Origin: a virus
Reading direction: 5' to 3' (one strand)
IMG/VR virus record: IMGVR_UViG_3300037395_000062
Span: 30,110-94,109 of that record
Length of the DNA: 64,000 bases
The translations under genes were made by a program, and so were the position numbers. The notes below the pieces were generated by a model. The model made no database searches. It was given only the letters and a program-made list of their open reading frames with translations, and was not told where the DNA came from. Positions within the stretch are counted from its first letter, which is position 1. Each line of letters begins with the position of its first letter. This document shows, piece by piece, positions 63,556-64,000 of the stretch.

Positions 63556-63834
63556 GTGCAGTGCAAGGATATTCCGGAGTTGCCGATCCTGCGCTTTCTG
63601 GCCGGCCCGTACGATGGCTGGGCTACTCCTGGTTGCGGTACGTGGTTCAACCATGATCCGATACCGCAGAACTGCGTGCTCCGTGCTATGCCGGAAGGAG
63701 TGCCGGAAAAATTGGCGCTTGCGAAGATGCGTCAGATGATCCGGAAGAGGGTCATCGATGGGTGCGGCTGTGGATGTCGAGGTGATTTCAGATTGAACGA
63801 GAAGTCCCGTGCTATTTTGGTCGCTACAAAATAA
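63556..63834 (+). CDS. Conserved phage hypothetical protein
   Basis: MQCKDIP..PILRFL..PEKL.LAKM..DGCGCGCRGDF; GGAGG RBS. Confidence 0.7.
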   Translation: MQCKDIPELPILRFLAGPYDGWATPGCGTWFNHDPIPQNCVLRAMPEGVPEKLALAKMRQMIRKRVIDGCGCGCRGDFRLNEKSRAILVATK

Positions 63835-64000
63835 AAGAGGAACCTAACGCGGACGCGCCGTTTAGTGCAAAGAGACCCTTTTTGATCATCTCATCGGTCA
63901 CCTCGATTTCCGCTTCATCCGCCGCCCTGTCACGCAACTCGGTCTCTGTCATGGCGCCCTCTCGTCTGTCAAGCACTGTTCAATTTCAAAATGCGTCACT

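Noticed and set aside
1-64000. tRNA, rRNA, integrase and lysin genes
   Set aside because: None recognised by eye; they may lie outside the window, and tRNAscan was not run.

Overview
The window is a contiguous piece of a high-GC tailed dsDNA phage genome. The host is probably an Alphaproteobacterium (TTGACA-N17-GCTAnAnA promoters, a CtrA-like regulator). Bases 1-29.6 kb form a minus-strand morphogenesis operon of a contractile-tailed phage. Its terminase, portal, protease, scaffold, capsid, neck, sheath, tube and frameshifting tail chaperones resemble the SPO1/Twort (Herelleviridae) virion module. Embedded in this operon are a 1227-aa flagellin-type glycosyltransferase, a double O-methyltransferase (TylF/MycF), a Mom-like DNA modifier, a pyrophosphatase-scaffold fusion and a GIY-YIG homing endonuclease. 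At about 30.2 kb there is a dif-like XerCD site flanked by two IHF-consensus boxes. Bases 30-36 kb are an array of small early genes, many behind near-identical promoter+RBS cassettes. Bases 36-49 kb hold an isolated tail-spike gene, a candidate origin (41-bp inverted repeat), a primase-helicase and three DNA methyltransferases; one MTase appears split over two overlapping reading frames. Bases 49-64 kb are a plus-strand replication and nucleotide module (RuvC, HD hydrolase, NrdJ, SNF2 helicase, DUF2800 nuclease, SSB, SLOG, ThyX, PolA, GT9). The strongest candidates for a new system are a phage-encoded virion O-glycosylation/O-methylation pathway, the two-frame multi-repeat C5-MTase, and the dif/IHF site next to the promoter-cassette array. 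All family assignments come from motifs recognised by eye; no database searches were run.
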